A stretch of 64,000 nucleotides of DNA from Sphyrna mokarran (taxonomy: Eukaryota), in NCBI GenBank assembly GCA_024679065.1, contig JAGIQG010000002.1:137020001-137084000 (forward strand), given 5' to 3'. Positions 26,194-39,567 of the stretch are shown one piece after another (the stretch's first letter is position 1; each line of letters starts with the position of its first letter). A model generated the notes under the pieces. The model was not told the DNA's origin. It made no database searches and was given only the letters and a program-made list of their open reading frames with translations. Both the position numbers and the translations under genes were made by a program.

Positions 26194-27307
26194 TATAGTT
26201 GGAAGATTGCATTTTGCAGTTGCCTTCATGCTCAAAATCATAGCTACAAACTCATTCGAGAAAGAGCTTTATACCTAGAATGAGTTACCTGAATTAAATT
26301 CAGTATGTGTGTCTTCAATTAGTCAAGTGCTTTCAAAGAAAAGGATTCCATTATTTTCAAAATTTTGCCTTTTAGCTTCTATTGAAGAATGAAGATCATA
26401 AATCTGCTTTATTTTGGATAAATATGTTTGGACAAAGTTCAGTTTGGCCAATGGTGTTTAAAAATAAATATTAGGCAGAACAGTCTTTAGCCAGTAAACA
26501 CAAAGCAGCTGCCTCTTGTTACTTCATTCCTCAAAAAGGCAACAGTCTCAACAACTCGAGATCTGAAAATTAGGAAGGAAAAGTTAAATTAGGGACATGT
26601 GGTCTATGAATTGTCACATCCTCGCATCACAATCCATCTTGAATGATGAATGTAGATCAGGTGGAATGTAAGCTCATGTGGATACATGGGGGGACAGTAT
26701 GGAGTGGGAGAGCACGGAGAAAAAACAGTGCAACTTATTAGAACAGATTTTGGAATTCAATGAGGCCTATAAACCTTGAAAGCCATCAAACTCAAAGTGG
26801 TCATGTTTCTTTTGAATACTCCAATAAACTGTCAAAGTCGGCTCTAATTACACTCAAATAAATTGTTAGTAATAGATATCACTATGTTGAGTAATCTGAC
26901 CATCAATAGATGTTCTTGAACCTTGTATCTTAAATAACTTATAAACCTTTGATGAAGGACAATAATCCAGAAGGAACAGATTCTGCTCCAATCACTGCTC
27001 AAATTCACAGGCTGGCTGACACAAGAACATCCACATGTGCCTTTGTAACTGACCTAGTGGAAGATATGGCCAATGCCAACACATATTGGTATCTGCCGCA
27101 AACTATGTAAACAAGCCAGCTCTCATGGCATTTTTTTAAAGTTCTGTTGATGCAAAGAACATCAATTAGAAACAAGGAAGGGTAAACCAGCACCCCTCTC
27201 ATCGACAAAGAACTAATGCTGAGAATAGGAGGAAATGGGGAAATGTACTCAACAGCAAAGGGCAAGGACAAAAAACCTTTCTGGACAAATTTTAAATCAT
27301 TCATTAC

Positions 27308-27383
27308 CTGATTGGTAACTTCTAGGGTACTGGGGTTGTATGTGGTTACAGCATGTGTACCAATTGAAAAGACTCGTTTATAT
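27308..27383 (-). CDS. DNAJC13: DNAJC13 coding exon (putative exon 3)
   Basis: [25 protein letters not shown]. tag/gtaat, 76 nt. Confidence 0.96.
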
Positions 27384-27964
27384 CTACAAGGCAAAGAAGA
27401 CACATGGTTAGTTCAGTAATACACAGTTGTCAGTACTCCTTATACAAAAGAAGTTCTGCTTCATTTGAACAGCTCATCTAATAGTGAATAGCTACCACAA
27501 TGGTTGAGATATTTTAAATTAAAACATTTTAATCCATTCTATTTTAAGCTCTGAAGTGCAACTTAAAGGGAAAAAGTATCAAACTTAATACAGTCTTTCC
27601 CCCTTGGCATAAGCAGTAGACAAGTTACAAGAATACAGGATAAATGAACACATATCCTGCAAATCCAAGATGATCCTTGAAGGATTTAGTCAGTCAGCAG
27701 CTGAAAGCAAAAAGCCTATTGATATAAGGTTTGATCCTATGCTCAGCACAATATCTTGCATTCAGAAATCAATAATTCATGTCTTCCAAATAAGATCTTC
27801 TGAAAAACTGTGCAATGCTATGTTTTCCATCCTCCTTATAACCTGGAAACCAAAGCTGTTCAGTGTGATTGAACTGAGGTTCTATAGAAGTTTAACATAC
27901 TTTCTGCTTTTTTGATTATATCCCTCTAGAAACTAAACCCCTGCTTTATTAAAAATATACATTT

Positions 27965-28365
27965 TTGATTTCATTACTGTCACATGTATTAACATAGTGA
28001 AAAGTATTGTTTCTTGCACATTATGAGCTGTGTTTTGTCTGTATAGAGAAAGGAGGGAGAGAGTACAGAATATAGCATTACAGTCATAGCTAGGGTGTAG
28101 AGAAACATCAACTTAATGCAAGATAAATCCATTCAAAAGTCTGGCAGCAGCAGGCAAGAAACTGTTCTCGAGTCAGTCGGTACTTAACCTCAGACTTTTG
28201 TGTCTTTTTCCTGAAGAAGGTGGAAGAGAGATCCAATGTCCGGGATACATGAGGTCCTTAATTGTGCTGACTGCTTTGCCAAGGCAGCAGGAAGTGTAGA
28301 CAGAGTCAATGGATGGGAGACTGGTTTGCATGATGGATTGGGCTACTTTCATGACCTTTTGCAAT
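27965..28365 (-). mobile_element. Rex1/Babar-like LINE 3' fragment
   Basis: ORF 28173-28364 KVAQSIMQTSLPSIDSVYTSCCLGKAVSTIKD..YPGH...PSSGKRHKSLR. Tail tgtgacagtaatgaaatcaaa. Confidence 0.8.
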
Positions 28366-29964
28366 TTCTTGCTTATTCACCTGTATCAGATTCATATAAC
28401 TGATGAGATTTGTGTAAGTGTACCCCTGGATCTCTTTGCTCCTGCATCCTGAGAAGCCCCTCCTTCTTCCAAACACAATGCACATCTCACACTTATCTAC
28501 ATTGGAAGTTGTTTGCTTATTAATTGTACATTCCTCATGTGGTGCAATTTGCAAACCCCCTATAAACTAAACCGCAATTTTGCATCAAACTTTCAAATTG
28601 CATTTCTGATTTCAAATTTCCAACTATTTATACACCGCAAACAATGGTTATAGCACTGACCCTTATGAAACAGGACTTCTTTGCCAGCCTCAACAACTAC
28701 TTTCAATCCCACTCAGTTTTGCATTCTGTAGTGAGCCTGTTAACCATTCTGATGCTTATCACAGCTTCACCCAATGATACTAGTTCCAAGTCCACTATGT
28801 GGTACTTTCAAGTACATCTACTTTATTATCTCTACTTTTTCCAGAGAAGCATGGCTTTCCTTTTTAAAAATCTGAGAATATTAGGAAAGTTAATGGAATC
28901 TTTATAGATTGCAGACCACTGAAGAAGCCAAACTGAGAAGATTTTAGATGGAGGGCTGTGGGGTTGATGGCAATTACAGAGATAGAGATGGGCAAGCCTA
29001 ACAGGAGATTTTAAAATCAAAGTGTTGCTGGACGGGCAGCCTATATAAGTCAGCAAATGTGGAACAGTGCATGAATGGTAAGAACACAGAGGCTTGGGAT
29101 GATCTCAGGTTTCAAAATGAGATCGGCTACTAATGTACTGAATTAAGTTTAGGAGGCAATAAAGACATGGACGAGGGTTGAGAGAAAAATAAGAGGATTG
29201 GGAGGGGGGAGTGGGGGCAGAGGGGTTGGGCAATGTTAAAGGAAATGATTCCTGAAAAGAAAAATTTACAAGGCTCTGGAAAAAGAATAGGGGAGTGTGA
29301 CTCAAAACAACGCTTTTCAAAGAACCAGCTTAGGCAGAATAAGCCATAAGAATGCTGCATATTTGATTTCCAGAAGTGTGTATTGGTGCAAGTTAATTTT
29401 TCTGCACCTTCACTGGGGTCAGCTTCACAAGCAAAAGATACCTATCCTCTATTTATGTGATAGAGTTCACTGAACATTAACTGGCTATTTTACTATAGGG
29501 TTGCTGCCATCACCCACACACACACAGTAGGATAATGGAACAAGAATTCCTACAGGTGGATTTTCCTTCTCTAAATAGTTTCAGATAACTATTGTTAGCT
29601 CCAACTCTATTATACTGGTCTGTATGGCTCATTTGTTTACTAGCCACAGTTAAATCTGCCTAGCCATCAAGGGAACCAGGCATTGCATTTTAAAGTTAAT
29701 ACTGCAGGTTACATATTGAAGACAATATCCATAGTGCATGATAAAAGGATACACTGAAGACAACTTAAGTTTAAGTAGCTATTGACAGCACTGGCCCTGA
29801 TCCCCTCTTGCAAAATGCCACCAAATACTGGTGTCAAGTACTGAAAGAAATTCAAATCAAGGAATTTATAAAAAAGACAGATTTCTAATGAGTAGATGTT
29901 TAAGCATTATGTGATTTAGCACTTAACAGTATCTCATTATGAATAATTAAATCATTAGGCAAAG

Positions 29965-30215
29965 TTCATTTATCATAAGTAAGGCTTCAATTAACACTGC
30001 AATGAAGTTACTGTGAAATTCCCCTAGTCACCACAGTCCAGTGCCTGTTCAGGTTAATGCACCTAACCAACACATCTTTCAGAATGTGGGAGGAAACCAG
30101 AGCACCCGGAGGAAATCCACACAGACACCGAAGAATATACAAACTCCACCCAAGCCAGGAAGCGAATCCAGGTCCCTGGCGCTGAGAGGCAGCAGTGCTA
30201 ATCACTATGCTACTG
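29965..30215 (-). mobile_element. HE1-headed SINE with alternative tail
   Basis: Same family as 12800, 32094, 41388, 49530 and 55760. Confidence 0.85.
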
Positions 30216-31884
30216 TTATTCCCCCATATGAGAATCAACACATCTGCCTTTCTACAGATAAATATTTTGATTTATTTTGGATAAAAAGTGTAACTTACAG
30301 AAACAATTCCTCTCAGACTCAAGCTAGTCCTTAAGTAATTACAGTTCCTTGAAGAGATACTGGAAAAGGGCAATGTTCAAGGTGAAACATCTACAGCATT
30401 TTTTAATCAAAGTGGGAGAATTAATGGATATTAAAGATTAAAGTGTTTGGATTAAAGAATAATATTTGTCTAAATTCTGCTTCAGAGGAGATCACAAATT
30501 CTTACAGGATGTTGATTGTCATCTTGACTAATATTTGACATGCTCAATCTTTCAGCCAGCCAATACGTTAAGTCAGCTCACAGGCTAAATGCATCAGCAA
30601 GGCTGTACATTGACTCAGGTGCTCAAAACTTCTGTAGTACTAAAACAAATTCTACAGCAGTTCTCAGTAAAGGTCCCAACAATTTTGTTAGGCAGTAAAT
30701 GGGGTGCATGTTTAGAAAATTGTACATTTTAAATGATTTTGAAAAGATTCACTTAATACAAATTCCCATGCACTCAGCTAACCAGGGTAATCACAACTCA
30801 CCTGCTTTCCATCTAGCAATGATAGTTTAACAGCCCCTCAATGCTTAAATAACAATTACTCAATGCACTGAACTACAGTGGTGTCAATCAACACCAATCT
30901 AACACTCACTGCAGTTTATTAATTCTCTTGCATTTCTTACCTTGTACAACAATAAAACCAGGGAGATTGTATAATCGTGCACTTCACATTTCAGACACTA
31001 CAATTGCAATTTAATGAACTATAACTCAACAGGGATTAGAAATTTGTCAATGACACCACTCAGAGCCAGCAAATTAGTCCCAACAGTAAAACTGAGGAAA
31101 AGACCAGAGGACAAATTTCCAGAACAAGGCAATTACAGAAGCTGCAAAATTGTCAAGCACTGGGGTCTCTGGTTACACTTTGCACCACTTTGATTGCTAA
31201 TTACAATCGCAATTCTTTCTAGTCCACATTAAAGCTGCTTTATACCTCTGCAAAGTGAATGACAATGTTGCACATATACTTGGAAAAGAAACTCCTTTAT
31301 CCAAAACTCTTGGGGCTGATCATGTTTCAAATACTCTCAGTTTTGTATAGCTACAGTATATATGGTAAGTCCAGGTCTCACGACAATAGCCCAAGCCTAA
31401 ACTAGCTGTAGTCTATGAATTGTATGTTTGTTTCTCCACTTGTCAACACTCTCACACCTTACTTCTTACCTGTTGACACTTATTATAGCTCTAATAGTAA
31501 TTGTTCAATTGCCTCACAGTTGCACCACAGACAATTTTCTACAACAACTCCACATTCTTAACATGGATAAAACTTCCTTTTCTTTTCCTGACTATTACCC
31601 AGAGGAATACCTGATGGTCTTCTGACATATTCACAGTGCAATAAAAACACTAAATACTCTCAAAATCACAAGGTAAGACAAGAGTATCAGACTGTAAACA
31701 GTAGACAGATAACTAGACTTCCCGTGCTAAAGGCCCAACATCAAGGTTCATGCTGGCTCGGGTCACAGACTTCACATGTAAAAAGTCAATAAGGTTCGTA
31801 TTAGTTTAAGACTGAGTCCATTAAAAAAAAATACACTTTCTGGAAGTACAGATAAAGGATATTCAATGACATTGAATATATTCA

Positions 31885-32362
31885 ACATCCAAAGATGTGC
31901 AGGTTAGGTAGATTCGCCATGCTAAAATTGGCCTTAGTGTTCTGAGATGCATAGGTTAGAGGGATTAGTGGGTAAATACGTAGAGATATGGGGGTAGTAT
32001 CCAGGTGGGATTGTGGTCGGTGCAGACTCGATGGACTGTAGGGATTCTATGACATTAGACCAAATCAATAACTTTTGCTCTTATTGCGTAGTGTGGGCAG
32101 CATGGTGGTTAGCATTGCTACCTCAGCGCCAGGATCCAGATTCGATTTCCAGTCTGGGTCACCATCTGTGTGGAGTTTGCATGTTCTCTCCATGTCGCCA
32201 TGGGTTTCTTCCAGGTACTCTGGTTTCCTCTCACATTCTGAAAGGCTTGCTGGTTAGGCGCATTGACCCGAACAGGGGCCAGAGTGTGACAACTAGGGGA
32301 ATTTCACAGTAACTTCATTGCAGTGTTAATGTAAACATTAACTTGTGACTAATAAATATACT
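31885..32362 (+). mobile_element. Two adjacent SINEs: HE1 3' half (31885-32052) and a full alternative-tail copy (32094-32362)
   Basis: Tails ctgtagggattctatg and cttgtgactaataaatatactt respectively. Confidence 0.85.
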
Positions 32363-32999
32363 TTAATTATCAAGATGCAAGAAGTTTGTAAAATTCTGAG
32401 TCATCATTTGAAGTCCTGTTTCACATTAAACAGTATAATGATGACCCATGACACAAACGTCTGAGCACAAGTGAGCAAGAATTTAGTGTGTTGCTCTGTG
32501 GCCATGTCGCCAATGCAAGAATGTATGTTATTTCAGAGGTCACAGGAAGGGCGAGGCAGATCTTACAATTTTGGCCAACTTAGTTCTTCCGCAGTGTGGG
32601 CATAATGCAAAATTTCAGCACTCTAGCATATCCTTCAGCAAGTTTACAAGCATAATCTCCAACTGCTTCAACAATACTTGTATATCCATTATGCATTGGC
32701 TTCTTCAGTTAACAATGATTTACGCTGCATTTTAAACAAGATTCATAAACACTTCCTGCAATTAAAAAACTGCTTAAGCTATGTGAAAAACACAAACTGT
32801 AAAATAAAAGCAAAATAGTGGAGATTCTGGAAATCCAAAATCAAAACAAAGTGCTAGAAATATTCAGCAAGTCTGGCAGAATCTGTGGAGAAAGAAACAG
32901 GGTTAATGTTGAGTCAGATATGTTGGTTATTACTATAATTCCCAAATATCATTATGAATTAAAGTATTGCAGGAAAGATTTAGCCCATTGCTTTCTATG

Positions 33000-33520
33000 C
33001 TGACACTGGCTTCCTCGCCATAACACTGCCAGTTAGTCCTCTTCAAGAACATATCCACTGCCTTATGAAGGTTGTTTTAGAATCTGCTTTCGCCACTCTC
33101 TAGAACACTTCAGTTTCCTAAACCTTCTATGTTCCAAGGTCAACAATCCCCAGTTTCCCCACTCTCTCCACAGAACAAAAGTCCCTTCCTTCAAAGTGAA
33201 TCCCCTCTGTCCCCTTTTCAATGTCTAACCATCTGATCTCAAACTTGCTATTCAGTATCGCAACAAGAGGCTTATCCTGCGACTTATAAAGGTTTAGGTA
33301 ACTTACTCGTTTTTGTAAAGCATTCCCATATGCTTTCTGAACCATTTTATCAGTCTGTTCTACCAGAGTTGTAAATATATTCCCCTGGTGCTGCTGCTCA
33401 CACCTTCCCCAATAATATTTAGAATTTGCCCTTCCCAAATTGTTGCCCCTAAACTGTATCATTTCACATCTGTATGCATTAAAATTGCATCGATCTGGTG
33501 CCTTCCCATTTTACCACCCT
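33000..33520 (-). mobile_element. Decayed CR1-like fragment
   Basis: ORF 33127-33462 QTDKMVQKAYG...LNLYKSQDKP resembles the CR1 VDKVVKKAYG...LQLYKTLVRP motif. Confidence 0.7.
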
Positions 33521-35635
33521 TTTAATCCCACTTGCTGGTAAGAATCATTAACGGCAATGAAAACATAGAAAACTAAAACTAGAAACGAAGATGTGTATTT
33601 CACATTTGGACACATCTGCCAGATTAGAATCACGTCAGGTAGTGGAGAAGTCAACACAAGTAGTAATCAAGTTGAACTCATCCTGATGTCAGCCCATGAG
33701 AGCATTGACAGAAGTGAGCATTGCAGAGTTCTACAGACAAAGCCTTGTTTTCACACTCAGAACTTAATAGATCATGTAGTATGGCACTACTAATGTGCAA
33801 AATGAGACAAAGGCCCAAAATTAAACATCCATGCAACAGTGCAGACCACCAGAAGCAGAACTGCAAATTACCACAATCTGTAAACTGATGGGCTGACACA
33901 TCCTTCACCCAAATCACTGTCAAAGCAAGTGATCAATTCTATTTCAAAGGGAAATGGGATTGCAGAAGGGCCTTTAAGCAGTAACACTAGGTCTATATTT
34001 CCATACCAGCCAGCAATCTAATAAGATTGTAACACAGGAGATTACACATGATGAAATATGCTGCAATGGATCTGATCAAAGTTCTCCAGTGCTATAAGGT
34101 AGTAGGCAACTGGATAAGAGGAGGAGCAGACTGCTTAAACATCCTCAACTGTGGTGGAGCCAATACACAAGTGTAAGAGACAAGGCTGAAGAATGTGCAT
34201 GGATGATCCTACACTGCTTCCAGAAGTCTTTACTATTGCCAATGCCAGTTTCTAGCCAATTATGTTGGCCTCATATGGTATTAAACCATTGCTGAGGAAA
34301 CACAGTAAAGACTATGGACAAAAACTCCAGTTCTAATACTGAAGATGTGCACATTCTGCACCAGAGACAGCACCAAAGCTAGATGCCTCCACACTTGACA
34401 GTCATCTACCCAAAATGGACTGTTGAGATAGGTCACATCTAAATAAAAAAATCAATTTAGCTCAATTATCACCTTATCAGAAATATAAGTGATGGGCAAC
34501 TTTGGCTAATGAGCAAGTCACACGTGTGGACATCCTTCATCTCAGATTAAAATTGGATATGTTCACTGACTATGATCCTTAATTAGAATTGAATACATTT
34601 AATATACACCAAATATTTAATTAGAAGTTATAGAAGATGTTCATTCATACACTATCAACCAAGTGGCAAAAATATTTATGTTCAAATGGACAGAGGGACC
34701 ACATGGCTCTCAGTCAATGTTGCTAGAATCACATGCATTTCACCTGCCCTTTCTTTATATGCATATTATTTCAATCATACTGGTAGGAAAAAGCTAGGCG
34801 AATGGAAATCAGAAGAATATGGCAGCGGACAATAGTCAAAATGTCTTATGGGCTGCACTCAGAATCCTGATGGATCACATGTTGATCACTAAACTAACTG
34901 ACATCATTAAGTGACATAAATAATCTACACAGACCCTCAGATGCATTTCAGAGGCCTACTGGTCTCCAGACGTGACAGAGGGATAAATGCTAATGGAGAG
35001 GCGAGCATGCTGCCCAGCAACATTTGACCAATTTGACTGATCTAGTAAAGCTGAAATCAATGAAGAGTCAAAAGGTCATGGGGATTGAGCCTTTACAGAG
35101 AGGATCTTTGTTCCCTGTAACATACTGTTGCCTGGTATCTAGTTAGATAATTGCATTTCCCAGGCAATAACTGCCCTCCTGTTGTCAGTATGGGATTCAA
35201 TGATGTTACAAATGCCACATGTCCTCATCGATCATTTTGGAAGCTGAATAGCACTCAAAGGCATAATTAGAAGCAAAAGAAAACCCAAATTATTTTATGT
35301 AGAATAACTGATAGTTATTTTTGATGTAACAAACTGTAAGAAATAAGTCTTTCTGGAAAACTATCCTGAGAATCTTTGATTTGAAATTTCCATTTGTGGC
35401 AAATGATTTTTCTATCCAGAAATAAAGTAAATATACAATATATACACAAAACAAAATCTCCACTGGTAGATTCAGTGAAAACTCATTCCATGAAATACAT
35501 CAAACATTGATCAGCATCTCAAAACTAAAAAGGAGTAAACAAAAATGAACAACTAATATTTAGTACAATCCTATCAGGAACTTCAAAATCCTATTTTATC
35601 TTTAATATCACTGTCATTTCCTCAGAAATAAGCCT

Positions 35636-36407
35636 GTGAAGGTGTGATTGGTCTATTAGATAGTTGATAGGGAGATTGCAAAAGTCAAACATTGATTAAT
35701 GTGTAAAGACAAGTGGTTAGACATGACGACAAATGGAGAGGGTGTTCAAATAGAAATTCACATCAAAGCAGGCAAGTGGGTTGAACTTGACTGTCACATT
35801 TCAAAAGATTACATGTGGAGGCAGACTAGTGCAAGTTTACTTTTAAATATTGTAGCCATAAAATATAAAAGGGCTTGATCAATTCTGAGAATATGAACTT
35901 GTGAAAGAATGTAGAACAGAGTGTAAGATCAAATGAAAAAACAGATTTAAGAAAACATTAAAGGCTGTCTCTGTGTGAGGTGACTGGTGAGATCTTGTGT
36001 GGAGGAAGCCGGACCTGTGATCATCACTTTGCTGTTTCAAAATACCACAGAGCATCATGTGATAAAGTTACTAGAATCTGAAATCAGAAAATATGGTGCC
36101 AAAATGGGGTTTAGCTTGAGTTTACTCAAGTCATTTTTTATCAGGAAACATTTGAAAATTGTTAACTGTTTAACAGTGTTCTTGTGTTTAGGTGTTATTT
36201 TCTTCCACACCATCCTCCTTTATTCCAAATAAACGTTTTTACCTTTAATACATTTCAAATGATGACAATTGGTCCGAGTGTTATTTCTTGACTTCAGAAA
36301 TACATCTTAATACACAGATTGCAAAATTGTTCTGGCAGCTGTTTCAAGTTTCCCTTTGGGGTTTGGGCAGCCTGGCACTTATCATCATCTGCCACGCCGT
36401 TCACTAC
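35636..36407 (+). mobile_element. Possible solo LTR (Gypsy-like)
   Basis: TG...CA ends, AATAAA at ~36228, LTR-like 3' segment. No TSD seen. Confidence 0.3.
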
Positions 36408-36667
36408 AAATATGAAGTTCCAAACATACCCAGATAATGGTAATCATACTTAAAGAATAACTAAACTTCTGTGAAACTCTTTAAATCAGAAAGTGATAAG
36501 ACATTGTACAAATGGAACATTTTTCCATGAACAGCACAAATATATTCAATTGCTGATGAAAACCAGTAAAGCTATTTAAAAAGCTCAATAGTAACTAAAC
36601 CTTTAAAGTGTGTGAACAGTTTTCTTCAATTCAGAACAATTAACCCAGTATCAGCAACAGTACTTAC

Positions 36668-36735
36668 TTTCCCCTCCATGAGTGTTTTGTAGTATAGAAA
36701 CAGGCCAAATCCTTGTTTTCTTTGATGATATTCAT
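36668..36735 (-). CDS. DNAJC13: DNAJC13 first coding exon (exon 36668-36746, ATG at 36735)
   Basis: [22 protein letters not shown](K), matching the recalled vertebrate RME-8 N-terminus. cag acceptor at 36747-49, gtaagta donor. Confidence 0.96.
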
Positions 36736-38566
36736 TTTGAAGTGACCTGAAAAATAGATTACATACAAATGAGAAAAACTGAATGTATTACAAATTGTAA
36801 ACCAATATTAGAAATATACCAATATTAGAAATATTCTAATATATATTAGAAATATTGGCTCACATGGCCAATGCATTAGTGAAAAACAAAGGACAAAGCA
36901 ATAAATGTATAATGTTTTGTTTAAGTACAGCTGCATACAATGTTAGCTGTCTCCTTAATGCCACAAAGTTCAACTGTTAAATGCATTCACATCCAAATAT
37001 CAGAGGATCATTTCCGTTGGTGGAAAGTTTTCTGAAGCCAACAGGAAATTATTGACTTTGATAGTGATAGAAATGCCTCAGTTCCTTTATATAGATTCCA
37101 GTGAATTGTCTATGGCATTACAGTGGCCTATTCAATACTTCAGTGGGCAGAATGTGGTTCTGGCAGAGAAGAGGGAAAACAAAAAGTTAAGTCTTAGTTA
37201 AAGATTTGGGAAGACAATCAAATGTGATCAAGTGTTTTTGTAAATTGCTTCCTGGCAAATAAATACTTTCCATGCCCGCCCCCCCATCTCCCCCTCCAAC
37301 AAGTACAGATAAGCAAGGAATCATGTCCCCTTAGATAGAATGATATGGGATAGGAAGCATTTCCTTGGTCTTTCCTCATTAATCTGCAATTTCTTTGCCA
37401 TCCACAAAGTAGAATTTTACTCATCTTGAAAAATTACTTCTGAAACCATTCACTTTTCCAATTTCTCAGATCTCCTTTGATCATTCTGCCAGTTATATTA
37501 AAAAATGATTATTCCATTAATGGATACCTACTTAAGTATTTTCTGTCAGGCATCACAAGTTTCAGGACTTTCCACTTTACCTTGCTTTGATACTTTTAAA
37601 CAAAACCATGCACAAAGAATGATTTTCTCATTTTGTTTTGTGCATCCTCCCGTTCAATCTCTTATCAGGTATGCAGGGGCAAGGGAGCATAGCTTACAAA
37701 CAGGAAGTCTTCCAATCAGCAAATAGGCTGCAAAGGCTAACTAATGAAAATTCAGTGATTCCAAAATATCAAGGGAGGCTACCCATATTCTCCTGTGTTG
37801 AAAAATTCTCATTCCAATTGCTTGGTTCCTGGGAATTATGTTAGGAATGCTAGAAATCAATTAGAAAGAGAAAACAGCTAAATGAGAGAAGAGAAAGTTG
37901 CATGCCAGAAGTTTGAAAAATGTGGGATGATATAATTGATTCGACTATTTGCTATTATTGAGCTGTTAACTGGCTGCTTGTTTTGAACTAGTGAGCTTGA
38001 ACATTGAGTGTAGACCTTTTGTCCCATTTTCTGCTGGTTTCCTGTTATTGAAAGTGAAACCTGAACCAGCAGAAAATGTGAATAGGTACAAGAATGAGGT
38101 TCAAAACATATCAGACCCGGGTTTTTGGGACTATTTTTGACCTGATAAACACACTGCAATAGTATGCATTGCACATGAAATAATTTTTGATGTTTACTTA
38201 TCTTTACAGAGAGCAATTACTTTTTATGATTTTTACTATAGCCATCCCCTCCTCTTTTCTCCCCGGTAAATCCTGACCCCTTGCAAATGTTGATGTAGCC
38301 CAGAGGAATTCCGGTCCTAAATGCTAAGGAACTGCCAGTTATTATTATGGAAACCACTAATAACTGAGTCAGCAAGTTTTGGAAGTATAAGAGAGAAATA
38401 TAACAATATATAGAACTGTTGAACCCATCATACACACAATCACCTATCTGGTCTCAAATGGAAATAAAGCTTACAGCCTCAAAATGTGTTCATGGACCTT
38501 AATTTGCCAAAACATTCAGTGAACTGAGGTACAGACAAATATCCAAGAAAACTTGGATATTACACA

Positions 38567-39567
38567 GAAGTGATGTGTATGCTGGATGGGGGAATTGCGG
38601 TGGATGTGATGTATATTGCCTTTTAGAAAGTGAAAATGCCATGTGGATGTTTAGAGCAGATTTAGTGCATAGGAAATTGGTTGAAGGAGCAAATTGCAGC
38701 TGCAATCTAAGCCTGAGCCTTGAGGGGGAAATGATTGTTTAAATTGCACAGAAAGTATATTACACAGACAAATTCGAATGGGTCACATTTCAGTGCTTTA
38801 TTATGGATGCTGTTGTCAATGTAAAACTGCAGGACATAAACAGGATGCTCCAGTACGTTAGTTCTGGTATTCAAACAAGTATCTTCCAGTTTAGTGTGTG
38901 CAATTTATCAGACAACGCAAATCAACTCAACTGCTTTCTTTATTAGGATGCATCGAGGAAAATCAGTCAAGATGACTCCTTGCTCTAAACTCAGCCACCA
39001 GAAAGTTTATATAACATCCACAATCCCTTCGTCATTTTAAACACTGTCGAATTATCTCTAACTACAACTTTTTTGATATCGTGCTTCGATTGACATTTCT
39101 TCATCCTGGATACGGGTGATTCTAACTGCATCTTCCAAATAGATAGTTACATGGGTAAGAATGATAGAGGGATATGGGCCAAACTCCAAGTCAACCAGCA
39201 AAGCATTATTATTCTTTCAACAAAATATATCACCCCTTACACAACAACATTGAATTCTGGCTACCAGTTTTTGCCCATTTGCCCCCATCAGTACCACTAT
39301 CCAATTTCCTCTAGTCCTCATGATTTATGAGCACACTACTCCTAGATTTTTACCAGGTGAAAGCAATTAAACAAATCATTTCCCCCTCAAGGCTCAGGCT
39401 TAGATTGCAGCTGGAATTTGCTCCTCCAACCAATTTCCTAAGCACTAAATCTGCTCTAAACATCCACATGGCATTTTCACTTTCTAAAAGGCAATCCACA
39501 TTCACCATGGATGTGTGCAGTGAATCACATCCACCGCAATTCCCCCATCCAGCATACACATCACTTC
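38567..39567. repeat. ~180-bp inverted duplication (38567-38747 vs 39363-39567)
   Basis: Near-identical reverse complements. The left copy lacks a ~25-bp internal segment. Confidence 0.95.
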
